From: Auanema rhodensis
Taxonomy: Eukaryota; Animalia; Nematoda
NCBI GenBank assembly: GCA_964057225.1
Contig: OZ059899.1
Coordinates: 3,286,001 to 3,350,000, forward strand
DNA length: 64,000 nt
Direction: 5' to 3'
The notes beneath the pieces were generated by a model. It did not search any database. It was not told the DNA's origin and saw nothing but the letters and a program-made list of their open reading frames with translations. Every line of letters starts with the position of its first letter. The stretch's first letter is position 1. The position numbers were made by a program, and so were the translations under genes. This document shows positions 58,606-64,000 of this stretch, one piece after another.

Positions 58606-61600
58606 TGTATCAAGTGTTTCTCAATGTAGTATAGTGCATTCGATGCGGATTTTTAAGCTGCGTCGATCTGTGTTATCAGATTTGCGCTAGCTTAAAAATG
58701 CACCGAGATATCAACTGATATAAGTTCACACTTATATCCTCGATTTTCACCCTGAAGAATTAATTTTTTCGTTGAATAACATTGTCTATCGTCTTTGCCT
58801 TGAGAAATGGAATCTAAAAACATCTACTTTTTGCTAAATTATTTTGAAATTTTTCGAAAAAATTTTTGTCAAAATGTTTTTGGAAGCAATGTTGAGTGTA
58901 CATGGAAACTCAACATACACTAATGCATCATTTTTCAAACGATCATAACTAATTTTTGTATTAAGCGTTTCTCAATGTAGTATAGTGCATTCGATGCGGA
59001 TTTTTAAGCTGCGTCGATCTGTGTTATCAGATTTGCGCTAGCTTAAAAATGCACCGAGATATCAACTGATATAAGTTCACACTTATATCCTCGATTTTCA
59101 CCCTGAAGAAATAATTTTTTCGTTGAATAACATTGTCCATCGTCTTTGCCTTGAAAAAAGGAATCTAAAAACATCTACTTTTTGCTAAATTATTTTGAAA
59201 TTTTTCGAAAAAATTTTTGTCAAAATGTTTTTGGAAGCAATGTTGAGTGTACATGGAAACTCAACATACACTAATGCATCATTTTTCAAACGATCATAAC
59301 TAATTTTTGTATTAAGCGTTTCTCAATGAAGTATAGTGCATTCGATGCGGATTTTTAAGCTGCGTCGATCTGTGTTTTCAGATTTGCGCTAGCTTAAAAA
59401 TGCACCGAGATATCAACTGATATATGTTCACACTTATATCCTCGATTTTCACCCTGAAGAATTAATTTTTTCGTTGAATAACATTGTCCATCGTCTTTGC
59501 CTTGAAAAATGGAATCTAAAAACATCTACTTTTTGCTAAATTATTTTGAAATTTTTCGAAAAAATTTTTGTCAAAATGTTTTTGGAAGCAATGTTGAGTG
59601 TACATGGAAACTCAACATACACTAATGCATCATTTTTCAAACGATCATAACTAATTTTTGTATTAAGCGTTTCTCAATGTAGTATAGTGCATTCGATGCG
59701 GATTTTTAAGCTGCGTCGATCTGTGTTATCAGATTTGCGCTAGCTTAAAAATGCACCGAGATATCAACTGATATAAGTTCACACTTATATCCTCGATTTT
59801 CACCCTGAAGAATTAATTTTTTCGTTGAATAACATTGTCTATCGTCTTTGCCTTGAGAAATGGAATCTAAAAACATCTACTTTTTGCTAAATTATTTTGA
59901 AATTTTTCGAAAAAATTTTTGTCAAAATGTTTTTGGAAGCAATGTTGAGTGTACATGGAAACTCAACATACACTAATGCATCATTTTTCAAACGATCATA
60001 ACTAATTTTTGTATTAAGCGTTTCTCAATGTAGTATAGTGCATTCGATGCGGATTTTTAAGCTGCGTCGATCTGTGTTATCAGATTTGCGCTAGCTTAAA
60101 AATGCACCGAGATATCAACTGATATAAGTTCACACTTATATCCTCGATTTTCACCCTGAAGAAATAATTTTTTCGTTGAATAACATTGTCCATCGTCTTT
60201 GCCTTGAAAAAAGGAATCTAAAAACATCTACTTTTTGCTAAATTATTTTGAAATTTTTCGAAAAAATTTTTGTCAAAATGTTTTTGGAAGCAATGTTGAG
60301 TGTACATGGAAACTCAACATACACTAATGCATCATTTTTCAAACGATCATAACTAATTTTTGTATTAAGCGTTTCTCAATGAAGTATAGTGCATTCGATG
60401 CGGATTTTTAAGCTGCGTCGATCTGTGTTTTCAGATTTGCGCTAGCTTAAAAATGCACCGAGATATCAACTGATATATGTTCACACTTATATCCTCGATT
60501 TTCACCCTGAAGAATTAATTTTTTCGTTGAATAACATTGTCCATCGTCTTTGCCTTGAAAAATGGAATCTAAAAACATCTACTTTTTGCTAAATTATTTT
60601 GAAATTTTTCGAAAAAATTTTTGTCAAAATGTTTTTGGAAGCAATGTTGAGTGTACATGGAAACTCAACATACACTAATGCATCATTTTTCAAACGATCA
60701 TAACTAATTTTTGTATTAAGCGTTTCTCAATGAAGTATAGTGCATTCGATGCGGATTTTTAAGCTGCGTCGATCTGTGTTTTCAGATTTGCGCTAGCTTA
60801 AAAATGCACCGAGATATCAACTGATATATGTTCACACTTATATCCTCGATTTTCACCCTGAAGAATTAATTTTTTCGTTGAATAACATTGTCCATCGTCT
60901 TTGCCTTGAAAAATGGAATCTAAAAACATCTACTTTTTGCTAAATTATTTTGAAATTTTTCGAAAAAATTTTTGTCAAAATGTTTTTGGAAGCAATGTTG
61001 AGTGTACATGGAAACTCAACATACACTAATGCATCATTTTTCAAACGATCATAACTAATTTTTGTATTAAGCGTTTCTCAATGTAGTATAGTGCATTCGA
61101 TGCGGATTTTTAAGCTGCGTCGATCTGTGTTATCAGATTTGCGCTAGCTTAAAAATGCACCGAGATATCAACTGATATAAGTTCACACTTATATCCTCGA
61201 TTTTCACCCTGAAGAATTAATTTTTTCGTTGAATAACATTGTCTATCGTCTTTGCCTTGAGAAATGGAATCTAAAAACATCTACTTTTTGCTAAATTATT
61301 TTGAAATTTTTCGAAAAAATTTTTGTCAAAATGTTTTTGGAAGCAATGTTGAGTGTACATGGAAACTCAACATACACTAATGCATCATTTTTCAAACGAT
61401 CATAACTAATTTTTGTATTAAGCGTTTCTCAATGTAGTATAGTGCATTCGATGCGGATTTTTAAGCTGCGTCGATCTGTGTTATCAGATTTGCGCTAGCT
61501 TAAAAATGCACCGAGATATCAACTGATATAAGTTCACACTTATATCCTCGATTTTCACCCTGAAGAAATAATTTTTTCGTTGAATAACATTGTCCATCGT

Positions 61601-64000
61601 CTTTGCCTTGAAAAAAGGAATCTAAAAACATCTACTTTTTGCTAAATTATTTTGAAATTTTTCGAAAAAATTTTTGTCAAAATGTTTTTGGAAGCAATGT
61701 TGAGTGTACATGGAAACTCAACATACACTAATGCATCATTTTTCAAACGATCATAACTAATTTTTGTATTAAGCGTTTCTCAATGAAGTATAGTGCATTC
61801 GATGCGGATTTTTAAGCTGCGTCGATCTGTGTTTTCAGATTTGCGCTAGCTTAAAAATGCACCGAGATATCAACTGATATATGTTCACACTTATATCCTC
61901 GATTTTCACCCTGAAGAATTAATTTTTTCGTTGAATAACATTGTCCATCGTCTTTGCCTTGAAAAATGGAATCTAAAAACATCTACTTTTTGCTAAATTA
62001 TTTTGAAATTTTTCGAAAAAATTTTTGTCAAAATGTTTTTGGAAGCAATGTTGAGTGTACATGGAAACTCAACATACACTAATGCATCATTTTTCAAACG
62101 ATCATAACTAATTTTTGTATTAAGCGTTTCTCAATGTAGTATAGTGCATTCGATGCGGATTTTTAAGCTGCGTCGATCTGTGTTATCAGATTTGCGCTAG
62201 CTTAAAAATGCACCGAGATATCAACTGATATAAGTTCACACTTATATCCTCGATTTTCACCCTGAAGAATTAATTTTTTCGTTGAATAACATTGTCTATC
62301 GTCTTTGCCTTGAGAAATGGAATCTAAAAACATCTACTTTTTGCTAAATTATTTTGAAATTTTTCGAAAAAATTTTTGTCAAAATGTTTTTGGAAGCAAT
62401 GTTGAGTGTACATGGAAACTCAACATACACTAATGCATCATTTTTCAAACGATCATAACTAATTTTTGTATTAAACGTTTCTCAATGTAGTATAGTGCAT
62501 TCGATGCGGATTTTTAAGCTGCGTCGATCTGTGTTATCAGATTTGCGCTAGCTTAAAAATGCACCGAGATATCAACTGATATAAGTTCACACTTATATCC
62601 TCGATTTTCACCCTGAAGAAATAATTTTTTCGTTGAATAACATTGTCCATCGTCTTTGCCTTGAAAAAAGGAATCTAAAAACATCTACTTTTTGCTAAAT
62701 TATTTTGAAATTTTTCGAAAAAATTTTTGTCAAAATGTTTTTGGAAGCAATGTTGAGTGTACATGGAAACTCAACATACACTAATGCATCATTTTTCAAA
62801 CGATCATAACCAATTTTTGTATTAAGCGTTTCTCAATGTAGTATAGTGCATTCGATGCGGATTTTTAAGCTGCGTCGATCTGTGTTATCAGATTTGCGCT
62901 AGCTTAAAAATGCACCGAGATATCAACTGATATATGTTCACACTTATATCCTCGATTTTCACCCTGAAGAATTAATTTTTTCGTTGAATAACATTGTCCA
63001 TCGTCTTTGCCTTGAAAAATGGAATCTAAAAACATCTACTTTTTGCTAAATTATTTTGAAATTTTTCGAAAAAATTTTTGTCAAAATGTTTTTGGAAGCA
63101 ATGTTGAGTGTACATGGAAACTCAACATACACTAATGCATCATTTTTCAAACGATCATAACTAATTTTTGTATTAAGCGTTTCTCAATGTAGTATAGTGC
63201 ATTCGATGCGGATTTTTAAGCTGCGTCGATCTGTGTTATCAGATTTGCGCTAGCTTAAAAATGCACCGAGATATCAACTGATATAAGTTCACACTTATAT
63301 CCTCGATTTTCACCCTGAAGAATTAATTTTTTCGTTGAATAACATTGTCTATCGTTTTTGCCTTGAGAAATGGAATCTAAAAACATCTACTTTTTGCTAA
63401 ATTATTTTGAAATTTTTCGAAAAAATTTTTGTCAAAATGTTTTTGGAAGCAATGTTGAGTGTACATGGAAACTCAACATACACTAATGCATCATTTTTCA
63501 AACGATCATAACTAATTTTTGTATTAAACGTTTCTCAATGTAGTATAGTGCATTCGATGCGGATTTTTAAGCTGCGTCGATCTGTGTTATCAGATTTGCG
63601 CTAGCTTAAAAATGCACCGAGATATCAACTGATATAAGTTCACACTTATATCCTCGATTTTCACCCTGAAGAAATGATTTTTTCGTTGAATAACATTGTC
63701 CATCGTCTTTGCCTTGAAAAAAGGAATCTAAAAACATCTACTTTTTGCTAAATTATTTTGAAATTTTTCGAAAAAATTTTTGTCAAAATGTTTTTGGAAG
63801 CAATGTTGAGTGTACATGGAAACTCAACATACACTAATGCATCATTTTTCAAACGATCATAACCAATTTTTGTATTAAGCGTTTCTCAATGTAGTATAGT
63901 GCATTCGATGCGGATTTTTAAGCTGCGTCGATCTGTGTTATCAGATTTGCGCTAGCTTAAAAATGCACCGAGATATCAACTGATATAAGTTCACACTTAT
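58606..64000. repeat. B-only domain with 3-mer B2-B3-B4 periodicity
   Basis: n168-170, n171-173 (plus an extra B4, n174), n175-177, n178-180, n181 onward; 9A+345C markers in n179 and n182 are 1053 bp apart. Confidence 0.87.

Larger units (their letters stand above)
1..64000. repeat. Tandem satellite DNA array, 351-bp monomer, 182 full copies plus 1 partial, open at both window edges
   Basis: The start motif TGTAT(T/C)AAG recurs at 1, 352, 703 ... 3511, 3862, then 4207, 4558, 4903, and every 351 bp to 63871 (phase checked at 7711, 11221, 18241, 25261, 32281, 39301, 46321, 53341, 60361). Copies differ only by a few substitutions. Monomer 1 has 106/351 G+C. Confidence 0.99.

Noticed and set aside
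1-64000. Giant repetitive ORF (351 = 117 codons, and the deletion is 6 bp)
   Set aside because: All six frames are closed in the monomer. Plus strand: TAG 22-24 or TAA 49-51/88-90, TAG 83-85, TAA 6-8 or TAG 27-29. Minus strand: stops at TCA 16-18, TTA/TCA 5-7, TTA 87-89.
1-64000. CRISPR array
   Set aside because: There are no unique spacers and no cas genes; the entire 351-bp unit repeats.

Overview
The whole window is one uninterrupted head-to-tail array of an AT-rich (~30% GC, hand count of monomer 1) 351-bp satellite: 182 complete monomers plus a 130-bp partial at 63871-64000, all in the same orientation. I found no genes, RNA genes, CRISPR arrays, insertions or inversions, and all six reading frames carry stop codons in the monomer. 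The only length variants are two 345-bp monomers sharing a 6-bp deletion. Monomer n starts at 1+351(n-1) for n<=12, at 4207 and 4558 for n=13 and 14, and at 351(n-1)-11 for n>=15; 'pos' below means position within the monomer. Monomers fall into two SNP-defined families (A and B) with about six recurrent subtypes. These form a mosaic of local higher-order repeats (2-, 3-, 4-, 6-, 7-, 9- and 11-mers) that can largely be derived from one cyclic order, A1-A2-B2-B3-B4-B1. The monomer is rich in dyad symmetry and is not CpG-depleted. This looks like eukaryotic (peri)centromeric or heterochromatic satellite DNA, possibly invertebrate, but I cannot name the family or species. I found no evidence for a novel gene-encoded system. 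Typing was done by eye, so rare SNPs may have been missed.
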